A stretch of DNA of 64,000 nt from Phallusia mammillata (lineage: Eukaryota), in contig OZ281494.1 in the NCBI GenBank assembly GCA_965637545.1, positions 7,564,001 through 7,628,000 of the forward strand. Direction: 5' to 3'. The position numbers were made by a program, and so were the translations under genes. The notes beneath the pieces are model-generated. The model had not been told where the DNA came from, did no database searches, and saw only the letters and a list, made by a program, of their open reading frames with translations. This document shows, one piece after another, positions 25,801 through 40,600 of this stretch (positions are counted from its first letter, which is position 1; the number at the start of each line of letters is the position of its first letter).

Positions 25801-28800
25801 TCCTTTAAAATTCCAAGGACGGCAATCACTATTGAAGCAAGCATTGACTGATGGTTACTTTCAATTTAAATTTCACCCAGGGTAAGGAAAGTAATGTTGA
25901 ATGAATTCAAATTAGCCGTTTTACATCCGAAAAAGTTCATACGCTAGTTATGCCTTGTTAGTGTCCAAAGGTTATACAGGTAAACTTCCCAACAGCACGT
26001 TTTTCCGCTTCTTTAAAACACAATTGCAATGTTAACCAGAATCTAAAGTTCCGATAACAGGCCAGCGAAATCGTTCTTTTGTTAATCTTGATGCGAAAAG
26101 CTAGGAACGATTGCCGAACGTTTCTCGTAGCGTTCAATAAGCGCAGCGACAACGCGTTTGGTGTGACACTGTCAAATGTATTTGTTCAGCAAGGTGCGAC
26201 CGGAAGGTATAGGAATGATGAATCGCTACACGGCTACAATAGAACACGGACTTCAGTCCGCTTGAGTCGCAAAGTTTGACTCCCTTCATTTGTCTTGTCA
26301 TGTACCACTGGACCACTATACGTTGTTTCGCAAAATATCGAGCTTGAATGGTTTGAGTTTTTATTTGCACCCTAAAAATTGCACAGTTGTCATTTCTGAC
26401 TGATTTTAGCCTGCTATGCACAATTCTTGGAAACAAAAACACAAGATGCTTTCTCACCAAAGTTTTGCAACCTTATTAGTGAACTAACAATCGTTTCACC
26501 AGTCCGATTCAAGCCGCCAGCTTAGCACCCCAAAATGACCAAAGTAACTTGTTTTGCAATTTTAATAGTATAGATTTTTTTGGTGAGGGTGTGTTTTGGT
26601 AACAAACAAGATCAAAATTGCAAAACTGCCACTCAATTTTGTTTTGGCATTTGATCCCTCAAACAGGAAATGACTTTGCACAGTTGAAATTAACCATCAC
26701 TGGCCTGCTATCATACAAAGTGCACAGCTCTGCAATATATAAAACATATGGACACGAACGGCAACAGCTTACCAGTTAAACTTGTAAAACCAGTTGGATT
26801 TGGGTTTGAATGTTCGCTGCTTGTGCCCTTGGTTTGCAGCTGCGCCAATTTCACTGCGGCATCTCGGCATACAACAAGGGAGTTAAAAAACCACAACGTT
26901 CAGACAGTAGCTCAGCAGATTTCCATCCACAACCGCATCAGCTATGTGGAAATCCCTCTGCAGAATAAACAACTCCCTCCGAAGCTGTGGCTTTTAGCTT
27001 TTTTTACTTGCCAATAGCAAAGTGTTTCCAAAACTGCGTGCCGGGAATGTTTACAAAGTACAATTCGTATTTTAGGGCTAAATAACAAATTACGTATGTA
27101 CATGACAATGCTGAAACTTTATTTTGGTTTTGTTTATTATTACAACAGCAGTTTTACTAACTATTACTATAGTATATCTATGTTTTCCCGCCATTTACCC
27201 CTGTTTTCCAGTTCCACTACAAATTTGGACTATGACGTAACAAACGTATGTTAACTAAAAGGTTAATTCGTGGTGATAAATGATGCTCTTAATTCTAATT
27301 TTCATGCATTGTACTGTTCATAATGTGGAAATGGTAACAACAAACCCGTTAAAAGATGAATGATGTTTTGGACTGTGGAAAAACCGGTTGGTAAGTCTTA
27401 AGCCTTGGATTTGTGAAGTACTGTTGTCAGTAGGAGATTATCCGTTTTAGGGTTAGTGAGTTATTGCAATCGATCCGTCGTTCTGACAAGCATTATGCAT
27501 AATCTGATCAATCTTGTCCAACCCATTGTCGCAACATTGTATACCGGTTACAATACCAACAGCGCAATACCATCAGTAACCCATCTTGACACTGATTGAC
27601 GCGTGTGCTGTCAAAAAATGAAGTGTATAATGTGGGTTTCTTGTTTTGAATTGGCCCCAGCGCCGCCGTGCCTCAGACCGCTGGTGGTGTAAGTCAATAA
27701 ACGGTTTATTCGACAATAAAGGACATCATTGTGAATGCTCGACGGCGTTGTGTGTGTAAGCAATATCATGTCGCGGGTTGGAAACATACAGCCGTCTCGC
27801 GAACGCTAGGGTTCCGATTGAGGAGTTGTTCATTTAGCATGTCGCATTTGCTCGACATTCCATGGATCATTGCGAATATAAACCGTTCCTAGGGGGCGCC
27901 ATGGCGCGTGTAACATGTTCTGTTCGTGTGGTGCTGTCGCAAAAGGCTTTGAAAAGCCGACGCGTGCTAAAACATGTACCATAACTTCCCAATACTTTGT
28001 TCAAACCGGCTATGGCATATCGATGCTCTTATTCCCACACTGGCACGCGCGTGTCTGGTATTGTGACAACCACAACGGTGCTCGGAAACATGAAATTCAA
28101 TATAGTATTGTCCAGGGGAGATTAATAGCCCGATTAGAGTTACTTTTCCTGAAATTCGAAGCTCGAAGTGCCACCTGGGCTCCTCCCACCGCCTTTGTCC
28201 GGCTAAAAGTCGCATGAAATAACGTTTCATCCATAGAAATCGCAAAACATCCGCATGACTCGATGTCAAAATACTTTGCTTTGTCCGTGGGCTATAATCG
28301 ATTGGCGTTCGTGCGTTTGATGTTTGTCAATCGGTTCCGACGAGAAGTTCTGGATTTTTTTTGAAAACCTGTCAATCAACAGGTGCTTCGCTGGGCGTTT
28401 GTGGATAGCGTTCCAAATACCTGAGCGCCGATTAAATGACGTAAACGCCCTGGAATGACTTGTGCAAGAAAAAACAAATTAGTTTGAGAACTAGAGCAAT
28501 CGTGGAGTGTTTTTACATTGTTATGGCCAGACTGGCCCATATTGTATAAAAAACAAACGACATACCTTTGTTTTGGACTTATAGCGGGTCACTTATTTAA
28601 ACCCTATAACCCAACCCAAAGCCAAAAATTTGAAGACCAATGTAGGCCCAAAAGGTCCGTTTTGCTGAATGTGTAACTTTCGCATACAACCCTAACATAT
28701 CAACATTTGCAGTATTGCTATTCCAGCAGTTTTTATTACAAATAATCGACGTTTCGACGTCCGGTGCACAAGTTTGTCCATTATGCCTGCCAACGATGGC

Positions 28801-30264
28801 TTATTTATTTGCAACGTACGACTGTACATTACGAATCAATCCACACCCTATGCGCACGCAAAGAACGTAAAAGTTATTTCATGCAAAGGAAGTGAAATTA
28901 TGACGCAAACGTGTCAAAGTTGGAACTTAAAATAAACAAAAAGAGGGCCCTTTTTACCCGTGAAACGACAGCCAGGCAAAAACTGATTTGATGGCAATAA
29001 ATGGACCTTTTTGATCTCGCCAATGTCACGTATATTTTCGCACGTTAAACGTAGCTGTGGACGCTGGCAAATGATATGTTAAGTTGAACTATAATCTCAG
29101 TTCGTAAGTGGCTATAACCTGCGCATGTAGGCGTGAAAGTTTTTGTCCAGCTGAAAAAAATGTCACCTGTTGTTCGTATGGCTTCTGTGTCGGACAATGA
29201 AACAGCACCTGCGTCTTCTAAGATGCGTCGTAGAGACTTGAACGCCTGAATTCAAAGCAAAAATATGTTTCTGTTTCTTTTTACCGCAGAAACCGCACAG
29301 CCAGATGCGAAAAGTGCACTGGTGAATATTACTGCGTCAGTTATACTGGGAGAAAATGTTGTAACCCGATTACTTAGCGGGTGAATATTGAAAAGTTGTG
29401 TCTTTGCCCGTCTGATGTGGCTAACCACTGATAATAACAGCGTGACACCTCAGCCGACGATTGAAGTTGTAACTCATAGCCTTGTGTAGCACTGACCGTT
29501 GCGCGTGGATCATGTTAAGCTTAACAAGATCCCATTTGCGTCGCAATACTTACGAAAACGGGAGAATCTCACTTAAAGGATCAGAGCAACCATTAAACTT
29601 ATGAACAGACCCGTACATAGTGTTCCAGAGCAATTGTATTCAAGCATTTTGGTTTCTGTTGCCAACAAAGGGGTACTTAACATATTGCTATGATTGATAC
29701 CCAACAAAGACCCAAGGATAAGTGTGTTTTTGCGGCCAGGCGTCAGTGAAAAAATATAGCGCTGATTTTGCACTTGAGCCTTGCTTGGCTAAACTTGCCC
29801 TGATAGTGCTTGGTTTTGGGGCAAAGGACGGCTTCACAGCCCGACCTATTCTATCGCACGTTCAGACAGGATACAGAGAAAACCGATATGTTTTTATAAG
29901 CGACCCTTTGGTTTGACTGTTGTGCCGGCTCTGCGCTTACCCTTATTGTCTGCCCGGTGCGCTAGCGGCGGATCGTGAACTAGGCTTCATTCAGATTTAA
30001 AGCCACCCTAGTCTATTTCTGGGTCGTTTGTCGTCGAGGCTAAAGGTGTTTATGTTTGAAGGATTAGTGACCGATCCCTACTTCCGTGTACCAATATTTT
30101 AAGTTAGGTAAGAATTAACCATAGTGATGGAGTATTGTGTTTCATCAGAAAGCGTATTGTCTTAATTTAATCCTCATACAGTTGTTCATTGATATGCATT
30201 TTGCGTACCAGCGTTCTGGCGTCCTAATCAAATCGCATTTAATACCATTTTGGAGTGCCTAGCA

Positions 30265-30733
30265 CAGGGGTACACAACCCGCGGCGGGGCCCAGTTTATG
30301 CGGCTGTGAACATGTATGCCAAAATATATCCTCTGGTGCCCTCGACATAAGCAAAACTTTATGTATGTTATATATTTGCATTCAAAACTGCTCTAAGTAG
30401 ATTTTGTGAAACAGAAAAGAGTTTTACCAGTCTGGTAGCCATATGTTTTCGACTTTTTTACGCCTATTATATGCTAACAATGCAAATAAGGCACCACTCG
30501 CGTCACAATATAGATGGTGACGTCATAAACAATATAGACTGTTCAGCTTAATCTGTGCTTGAAGTTATAAGTTAATCTTGGATTTGTAGGCACTATCAGA
30601 CAGTATATATATATGTGAGAGATATTTCTTTACATTTGTATTTTGTAATCAAAAACAAGAAGACACTTGGCGGCCGTTGGTAAAATAAGTATGTGCAAAG
30701 CGGCCGTCATAGCGGAAAGGTTTTGTACCCCTG
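30265..30733. mobile_element. hAT-type MITE
   Basis: TIRs are CAGGGGTACACAACC and GGTTTTGTACCCCTG (14/15 match), with subterminal GCGGCC motifs. The TSD is eroded. Confidence 0.7.
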
Positions 30734-31019
30734 CAGTAGTAGCATAATACACAGAAGGACGCTTAATAAAGAGAGCTGTTTTAGGTTTATACTATGCTGC
30801 AACAGGTTATGTATGTCTGAATTGAAGGTTACCAAATGTACAGTACGTTAGCATGCAGTCGTGTTTCTGTAACATTGGCACAAAAACGGTTTAAATCGAT
30901 CTCATAGGCCCACTTGAAAATCCGGTAAGTAAAAAGTTTCATGCTCGGCACCCGAGGTGACTGATGTTTAACTAGTGTTGACTGCCTAACCGCAAAACTC
31001 CCCGAACCTTTAGCAGCTA

Positions 31020-31617
31020 TAACAGTCGTTTTGCTGCACAGTGGGGGTCCGTAATTTTGTGGACGGTGTTTGCCTTATGATGTGCCTCTCTTTGTTTGCA
31101 TTCGAGAGTAAAATCGACTTGCCCGCCTCGCCACCACAGCCGCGCAGACGAGAAGGCAAGAAAAAGCCGATGGAGAGAAAGAACCGCCCGAAATTGGTTG
31201 AAGAGCTTGGTCACCCGGTCGACGCGTTAGTCAATGGCGCTGTAGGTGCCACGGAAAAGGCCGGCGCAGATTTTACCTTTTTTAATGATATTTGAAATAA
31301 AATTTACAAGTATCGGTAACTTTGAGATTTTACTGTTTTGCAGGTGCAAGCGTCCGTTGTTATTTGCCTTAATTGTACGGAACTGAGTTGCAAATAAACT
31401 TAAGAGCACGGATGCAAGATAGTGGACTTTAAAGTTTTGCAATTGTCCAAATCAACGTTCAAACCTGGAAAAATTGAATGTTTGCCATTTGCTAGACTCT
31501 GGATAGCAGCTTTGCACCTCCACTTCGATCAGACATTGAAGACGGTCGACTGTTTTGGCCAGGATTTAAGCCAGGTTTTACCGCGGAGCACTGAGCTTTT
31601 CGTTGGTCTCGATCAGA
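31020..31617 (+). promoter_or_regulatory. GC-rich probable 5' leader of the ADAMTS gene with short uORFs
   Basis: There is a strong acceptor TTACTGTTTTGCAG ending at 31343. Two short ATG-initiated uORFs (MQDSGL*, MFAIC*) precede the signal-peptide ATG at 31618. Confidence 0.4.
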
Positions 31618-34600
31618 ATGAGATCCGCTACTCTGTTTGCGAGTTCAGTCTGCAAATATACTATCACTGTAGTGTTGATGTGTGTTCTTGTCGGATGTGC
31701 CAAGGTGGGTGAAATGAGAGGAAAATTGATTTTTAAAAATTTAAGAATTTTTTTTCAATTTCAAATATTGTTAGTGTTTACTTTTGTTAGACTAATGTAA
31801 ATATCCGTAGAACATTTTTTATGCGTAGTAAACGTATTAAAACGGGCCGTGATAACATTTGCCCAGCGCCGTCAATTGCCTCGCGAGCGCAGGGTCTTAA
31901 CAATCAATCTCACCAAACTGGCGCAGCGCCGATGTAAACTTGTCGAGGTGAGCCGCCCGCCGTTAAAGGGCCGTTTGTCTCTGGGTTAATCATTCGCCAT
32001 GCAACACAGTGAGCCTGTGTGCTGGGCAAACACGCCAGCGCTCACCCGCTTGAGTGTTCGTTTGTCAGGCCACGAAAATCGTGTTTTGATTTGTTGCGCG
32101 CGTCTAAACAACCACGATTAGATTCCACTCTGGCCTTTCAGTCGCTCTAAACCGCAAATGACGTAATTACCTGGCGTCCTAAAGCTCTTGGGTCTTTGCC
32201 AAGTATGAGTTTTTTTGAATGAGCATAATAAATCAAATAAAAACCATACTTGTGCATATAGAATACATCATGCAGACATTTCAACAAACGCTGTTGTCTG
32301 CAGTCTGCACTGATGGCGACAACAGCGATTGTTGAAACGTCTGTATGATGTATTCTACATACACAAGTACTCTGGCCGTTTTTGATTAAATTACTTTAAG
32401 TTCGTGTATAGTGTTCCTAAACATAATAAACGACATCAAAAAATACCCCTCTTAGTGTAAACTGAATAATTTAAACGTTTCGCAGCAATGTTGCATTACA
32501 TTTTAGTCAATAATCAGTTTTGCTCTGGTACTCAATTAAACCCCTAAATATTAAAGCAAAATGAAATGTATATCTTTGTGTTCTTGAGAATCTCGCGATT
32601 TCAAACGACCCCTTTTATGCCGACTCATTTGTGTACGGATTTTTTCCGTGGCTACAAAACAAGTGCAATGTCTAGGTATCTACATAATTGCATCATGGAC
32701 AACGTTAGCTATTAGGTGTTGACGGACAAATGACCTCAGCATAGAAATGCGCACAAGCGTAGCTACAAATGGCACGTACAATTCCCATGTGTAAAAGCGT
32801 GTCTAGACTTTAGGCATTTGACCATCAACTATAATGTGCAACTTGACGCTAAATCTGCAACGGTATAAATTCGCTTATTGTATCTTTCCTTTCACTTTCA
32901 GATTTAAAATGTTCCAAGCAAGTCATAATACAATTTGGTTCTAGGCATAGTTACTGAGGTTTGATTCACTATGTTGTGAACGGTAACCCATTGCAACGTC
33001 ATCTTTCAGGAGTCGAGACGCTTTGTCTGAATTTGTTAATCCGTGACTGATTGCTTGTGCTCTGATAGCCCGTGTGTCATGCTTGTATAACTTTCACCTC
33101 TCGCTCTGTGCGACGCGACGCAGCAGCTATCAATAGCTGTGATGTGGCAAGATCGTCGGATAACGATTACCAAAACCTGCTCTTTCAGGTCGGAGTGCAG
33201 CGCGTCAAAAGAGGCGATTGTTGCTAACGACGCGCTCATGTACCTGTGACATGTAGATAAAACCGCTTCGATTTGTGTTCAGCCTCGAAAAACTGTTTTC
33301 CGTTTTGTATCACCGCAACGCTTTGTTGACATGAGTGAGTTTTGCCAAACACTGTGTAATTTTTTTAACGTTGTACAGCGCATAACGTGTTGCTTTAATG
33401 CTAGTATGTTTTTAACAAATGATCCGATTTTAATATACAGTTTCGATACACATTAGCTTTGGACATATGTTACATGTAAACAATTCCCTACAGAAACATA
33501 CAAGTAAATATATCATAACACGCACGGCCTAATAAAGGCGTTATACCGAACCAAGTAAATATTGGTGTATATTTGATCATTTGCAATGTCTTACACGAAT
33601 ATTTGCTTTTTCGCCAAGCAAGTTCGTTTGAAGCGAAATATGCGCCTCGCGTTTAATGCGGTTAAGACGCTGCAGTCTTTAAGCACCGAGGGATTTGAGT
33701 TGCGCGAGGCGGTGACATAAGCGAAATCCAATCACCTTTGATCGAGTTCCGAGTTTGTTCAGACACATATGTTTAGCGCACATCCAACACTCGCTAGGGG
33801 ATTGCGGTTGTTCCGAATCAGCTAATGCAACTCTGTAGAGATTTGACCCACTGTCAAGTTCTAGCTTGTGTCATGTCGTCTGACCGCTGGCATTTTTGTT
33901 TCAGAGTCTTGATCAAGAAACCTGGCCCGAGCACTACACCGATTCCCATACAGAACTACACAGACATCTGCGATCTACCACGCATGCTCATTTGGAAGGT
34001 AAGGTGTCTAGTAATGCTCCTAATATGGGGTATTGCGTGTGTAACATACCTGTGGTTTTGTAGGTGTAAATTGGTGACTGCTGTCTACGCCGTTAACAAA
34101 CACTGTTACCTATTTTCTCCTAATTTTAGTTGTTTAAGTTATGTAAGCGTTTGGTAACCGGCTGGATTCGGTATGTGATTTTGTAACCTGGCATGCTATG
34201 AATGGTTGAATTTTTGTTCCGTTAAGTATCAAATTTTAAAGAAAATCCACAATTTTCGTTTACCAAAAACAAAAACATTTTAAAGGGTTTGATTCGGTAT
34301 GGTGCCTTATATGACCTAACGTGCGATGACTTGTTAAATTTTTCTTGCGTAAAAGTATCAAATTTTTACGAAAACCTAAATTGGCATACAATTTGCGTTC
34401 AGTACTAAATTGCGTGTATTTCAATGATTGGTTTATCCGGTCGTCTGAAAATTGTAATGCTAAATTCAGGAACATGCTTACGTGATTACGTGAGCACCTT
34501 ATGAAATCGCAATACATAGTGCTTGATCTTCCGCTGGCAAAGACCGTAATTGGAAAACTGAGCGACGCCCAAATGATAAGCTTCTCCACGATTTTCTTCT

Positions 34601-37600
34601 AAAACTGCCTCTTTTGTGGTCGTACAATTCACAGGTTTGCGCCGATCTTTAGGGCTTAGCTGCTCATCGCCAATGCCCCGAGACATATGAAAACACATGC
34701 GTTCCTATGTGTTATGTGAACCGCTTTTCCCCTTGTGAACAACGCACCTGGACAATTTAAATCAAACTTCGCTGAAGTTTAGTGACCCGTAAAAGCGGTA
34801 AACATTTACACTCTGAAATAACTGAAATGTAATCCATACAAAATATCAGAAAACAAGTTTGGTTAAGATAAAATTAGTTATACATACCACAGAGTACGTA
34901 TTTCGCCTTTTTAGCTTTACCACTTCCTTATACTGAAATAGAATCCAAAGAAGATAGCTGAAAGCTCATTTTAACTTTTGTTGATATTGAAAACAAAATG
35001 AGTCAGTTCTATTTAAGTACGAGAAACAAATAGTTTGCTTGTTCGAAAACATCATTCTTGTATTTAAGTAGAATCAAACGTTGGTAGCTAAACCATTTTA
35101 ACCTTAATTGGTTAAATGTCAAAACAAAATCAATCACTATAGGTAAGAGAAATATATATATTTGGCCTACTGGAAATTACATTTCCTTATTCAAATAGAA
35201 TCTATAAAAATGATAGCAAAAAAAAAAAAAAAACATTCAACCGTTTGTTAACTTAACCCAATCAATTAGTTCTGAAGGTTGCTTTTTGGAAATCACCATT
35301 TCCTTCTTCAAGTAGAAGAAAATCCCATTTAACCCTTGGCTAAACTAAAAACAAATTTAGTCAGTTCTCTAGACACGAGAAATACATATTTTGCCCTCCC
35401 CAAAAAGAAAAAAAAAAACGTAGTGTATAGAGCACGAGAGCAAGTTTATAGAGTCAGTGAGCGCTCAGATCACTTGACTTTTAATTGATCACACACTGTG
35501 GACTCGGGCAATTGACCCGTTCCAAGTTTTGACAGTCAAGTTTAGATGAAAGGTGGCGACCTTTTCGAGGGATTAGCTTCCCGAACAAACGATGATTTGC
35601 AAGATTTTGCCCAAAGCTCCAATTGGATGCGCTCACTTGCTGCTAAGCACCCGGTTGAGCGGCTTTCCTCAGGAAAAGCGTGAATCAAATTACAATTTCA
35701 CATCTGTTCTTGATTTTCACTGTAAACAAACTTAGCTTGTGTAGTTGGAAAATATCGAAACAGGTGTGGAATTATTATGTTCATTGACACGTTGCGTAAA
35801 GATACACAAAATTTAATATCCGTTTTTTACCACATTAACGTTTAAATATTTGGAATATCGAGGAGGTAGAATTTGAGAAGTAAATAAAAATTGTTTTGGA
35901 AGAAGAATTTGAATATCACATTTAAGTTGCTCCAAAACCCAAATATTAAAATACGGTACAATAACAAGAAAGGTACAAAGTAAAATAAAAATGTATTTAT
36001 CATTTTAAAACGCATTTAAATCACACAAAACATAAATAATACCACAATAATAGGATATACGTTCAAAATGATAATTCATTAGCGATTTTAAACCACAAAA
36101 CATTCGCGTTTTTAGGATGCAAACGCTGTTTCAGGCCAAAAGCCGACAAGATTACGTCATAATCTACGCTTTGTTACGCGGTATGCTTCAAGGTAAATAA
36201 CGCAGTGGCCTGGGTATCTTTTGGGCTTAACCGTGCGTACAGTGCGCGTTTCCGTTTCAGCGCCAGTTCGCTGTCTTTCCCGAAATAGTAACACCGGTCA
36301 TCATGGCACCTTTGCACTTCGAGCCACGCGAAAAGTAGAATTCGGGATTTTCATGCGCTACATCGTCAAAGGCTGTGTGGTATGGAATTCGTTTCCGACA
36401 GACCCAATTCTAAGGACTGAAATTTAACACAAAATTATTGAGTAAGGATGAAATATAGACTGATTTTAAGTTCAAAACTTTGCCTTTTTTGTACTTCGCT
36501 TAATCTGTGAATGTCTACGTACTATTCTTGCTGATAAAGAAATAATTCATTTCCTGCAAATAGAGAAACAGATTTGTGCAAGGCACTTTTAGTTTTACCA
36601 ACGAAAGCAGTAGCCTTTTAGTCACCCTTCATTAATGCCATCTCTTACCAATTGTGATGCAATTGTGACGTCAAGATTCAGCTTAGTGCAGTCAAATCTT
36701 TGAAAATATCGTGCATTTCTGATCCTTCAGTTATGCGCTTAACAAAAGCCAAACGCGCATCAAAAGGTTCATAGAAATGTCGCGAAGTTAAATACCAAGC
36801 GGAAACGATGACCATGGATTAAATTTTCTGTTGCTATTCCACCGTTGACGCAGGTTTACCATAGAAAGCCTTAATTAAATTACCGTTACTGCTTGCTTAA
36901 ACCTCGCTTAGTAATCCAAGGCAATATTACAGACCACGGTCAATGGGCCTTAATACGGTAATGCATTGCGATCGCCTATAATGAATGAAGATTTGGCAGT
37001 GGGTCTTTTGTCAACCCTGTATGCTTGGAAGCCGTTCTCACGTGTATGTATACAGCAGAGACGACTTTGTCGCGTTAAAGTAAACGTCGCTTCACGGGCC
37101 AGTGGCCTAGAATCGCACAAAGTCATTCCACTCTATAGGGTTGATTAGTTTTAGAGATCCCTTCTCTCTAGTTTCTTCAGGGGTGAAAATGTAAACTGTG
37201 TGTGCAATGATGTGTAAAAAATGCCCGCATTCTCAATGCGATATTCCGAGGAATGCTACTTAAATATACGAAAAACGTTTTGTCTGAAAATTACATCAAC
37301 GTTTACTGTCTAACATTGAAAACGGCCTTCGTTATGTTTTGCTTGAAAAACACAGTGCTATCAGTACCATTACTCAAATGAAAGATTTCAACGCATTCAG
37401 TATGAAGGCAGAGGCGTTGGTTTTTACCGCAAAATGTGAAATTTTCGCTTAAAAATCACAGTCGCACCAATAACATGACTTAAAAGGAGGAATACAACGC
37501 ATTTAATATGAAGGTAAAGGCATATGCAAGTGCGCAGAAAATATCTACCGCTTCTAACTCACAAACAGATGCGATACAATGCATTTCTTTGTGACAAACG

Positions 37601-40600
37601 ATTCAATGACACGTGGTTTTATTGGCGGGTCCGTTTGTATCGGAATTTATGTGGTCGGCAAAATTTGAAGCCGGCCTGAGAACAAGGGATAGGAATTCAG
37701 CCACCAAGTTCCGTCCCGACAGAAAGCGCAAACAGACTGCTTTAGATTTTTTGCCAGAGTCAATACCAAGTCAAATATATTTATTTGCGTTCAGTCCACA
37801 GTGCGTTTCCTGTGCCGCATGAAACACAGACGTGACAATCCCGGCTTAAATCAGCACTTGTGTATTATGAAATGTGCTGATGTTTTCTGTCTTAACGCGA
37901 ACAGATTTACGGCACTTCAAAGGCTCTGAATTAAATCGACCAAACCAGATTCGACTTTTGATTTTTCCAATTATGTTTGATGAAAATGTTACAGTTTAAT
38001 TTGGCCAACACCAGCTGAATAAAGTTTGTAAGACTTCATACTTAATCGGACAGAACCAACAAACCAGCAAAATAAAGTTATTATGCCACGTTTGTATTTT
38101 GGTACTGTTCTCTGCTGACGTCATAATTGTCATTATATGTTAAGTAGCTGTAGCGAAGACTTCGAAGCGGGCAGTTAAAATCAGGCTTGAACTGAGGTTG
38201 TGTTGCGACTGTTATACCTGCGCTGCTTGTATTTTCTTTTATCGTTTTTATTTACTTAAATACTGGTTTGAATTGGGTTCTGATAGCTCGTTATTGCAGC
38301 AGAACCAAGAAAAAGCATAACAATTGTACCACTTAAAAATACGAATATTTCTAACAAAAAGAACATTTTAACAGATTTCGAAATCGTCGTCCCGTCAATG
38401 GTAAACGAACATGGCGAGCACGTGACCCACCAAGTACGTCACAAACGGAGCAACCGGATGCGTCGCGATACCTCCGATGACGTCATCCGGTTAGAGGAGT
38501 CGGGTTTGCATTATCACGTGAGCGGATTCGGTGAAGAGTTCAAGATGCATCTGGAGCCGAACCGGGCTCTCCTGGCTCATGGATTCACTGTGAAAAGGAT
38601 GAAGAGGGATGCAGGAGCTGAGAGTCCTACTCTTCGGGAGGAGGAGCAAGGAAGCGAGAAACTAGGATGTCATTATCAAGGAAGATTGTCATCCCACTTG
38701 GACGGTGCAGTAGCTGTTAGCACGTGTGAAGGCTTGGTACGTGTATTTTTGTTTAAATATTTAATGAAGCGATAGTTGTACATACGAAGATGCGATTTTG
38801 GGTCAAAACCTTCATAAAGTTGACTTAGAATAACAGCACCGCTTAAAATTGCACTAAAAAGGAAAACGAAAACTAAATCTGAAAGTTTAGCACGCAAAAC
38901 CAATGTACGATGAAACCCTTTGGTCAAATCAGAGTTAGACATTTTTAGATAGAGTTATATATTTTTTTTCTACGATGACATCATCATTTCTTGTTTATGT
39001 TGACACAAACTGCATTACCCAAATCCACAAACCTATATAAACATGAATTTATAACTGGTTTGTGGTTTTAAAAACGTGGGAAAATGATACTTCAGTCACA
39101 GTGCGCTGCGTTTAAACGGTGATTTTTGCTGATAACAAAATGTCAGTTTCGAAATCGGTGCTTATTGGCGGGTTTTCAGTTCTCACCTTCCTTCGCGGAT
39201 CACTTGAAGCCTAAAGCCAATCAGTGTCTTTGTTTTTACTGCACAATCCCTTTCGACAGTTCCTATCTCTGACTAAACTTAAACGCTTGACACTTCCAGC
39301 GAAAGCGAAACGGGTACGATCCCCGGACCGTCCAAAGTGCGTGTATTGTTACAGTCCACTTTGAAATCATTGAAATCAAGGCGGAAAATAAATTGCGCGT
39401 GCAGGAGCCGACTTTGCCTGGCGTCGACCGTTAATTCCAAGCACTTTTCCTAAACAGTCAATCATTATACTAGCCTAAATTGGTTTTGACAACGTGCTCT
39501 TGGGTAACATACACGTTACATATTGCGCCTAGGGTGATATCCAGTTCATACATCATTACGTGTACCCTTATAGTTAAGTAAACCTCTGCCGTGGATTATT
39601 TACTTTTGCCAAGTTGCGAGATATAATCAACATTGCCATTGCCGTTCGCGTAGTCTATTAATAATCTTTCACAATGGTGATGTTTTGCTTTCTACATTTC
39701 CCCCTTCCTTGGTCGACCACCGAAATTATAAGTCCAAGAATAGACCGTGATCGTCTCATTGTGCTTTCACAAGCCTTTGTGCGCCACCAAGCTCCTCTTT
39801 TTTAGTTGTTGTTTACAAATCCACGTGGCCACAATTATATTCCCGTCGGCTGGCGTCTGCTTTGAAGTCTTTTCTTTTCTTCCCGCCTGGTAAGCCGAAA
39901 TAACAAACGTGCGCAACTTTCTACACAAATTAAGGGTTCCTCAAAGTAACTAGCAGTTGTTTGAAAAGTGTCTTTACTTTGCTTGAATGTTTTGCTGCGA
40001 AGTCATGATAAAAAACTATTATAAGGAAGTAGCATAAACAAGCACGTATGATTAAAAACGTGGTCGTATTGTAACTCATTCAAGTTGGTCATGTTGTTGA
40101 GGGTAATTATTGACCAAAAACGTCCAAAAAACGAAAGCATTCGAAAACTGGCATGACACAAATAAAACGAACTAAAAATTAATGACCAGCTTGGTTCTAT
40201 ATTAGGCAAGGCTAACAAGATAAATTGTAACCGTTATTAAAGAATGACGTGTAGCCAAGATTCAGGGCATTTAAAAGCGTAATCAAGGGTCGTTTGAGTC
40301 GCTCAAGTCCAATTGCAACATCACTTGTCGTTTAAGCGCGTCCTTACACCAATGGTAAAGTATCTAGTTCCCGGCGTTACGTAATGCTTTGCGGTAGTCT
40401 GGGTTGAAAAATGCCCTCAAAGTCGGCCGGGTATATGCGGTACCCCGCTCTGCCTATGTTTTTCTTACCTGGGCTTAGGAAAGGTTAATGGAACGAGGTT
40501 CTAGCTAAAGTCGTTAATTTGTGATTGACGGAGCTTGCATTATTTATGTGTATTCGTCTCAAGGCGGCGTTCAATTCGATTTTAGTTGATTAAGAAAGGA

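Noticed and set aside
28745-28790. GAAACGTC on the minus strand as another hammerhead
   Set aside because: There is no CUGANGA core at the required position.
31041-31295. 84-aa ORF as the first coding exon of ADAMTS
   Set aside because: It lacks a signal peptide. The 31618-31704 exon gives a proper signal peptide and splices in phase to exon 2.
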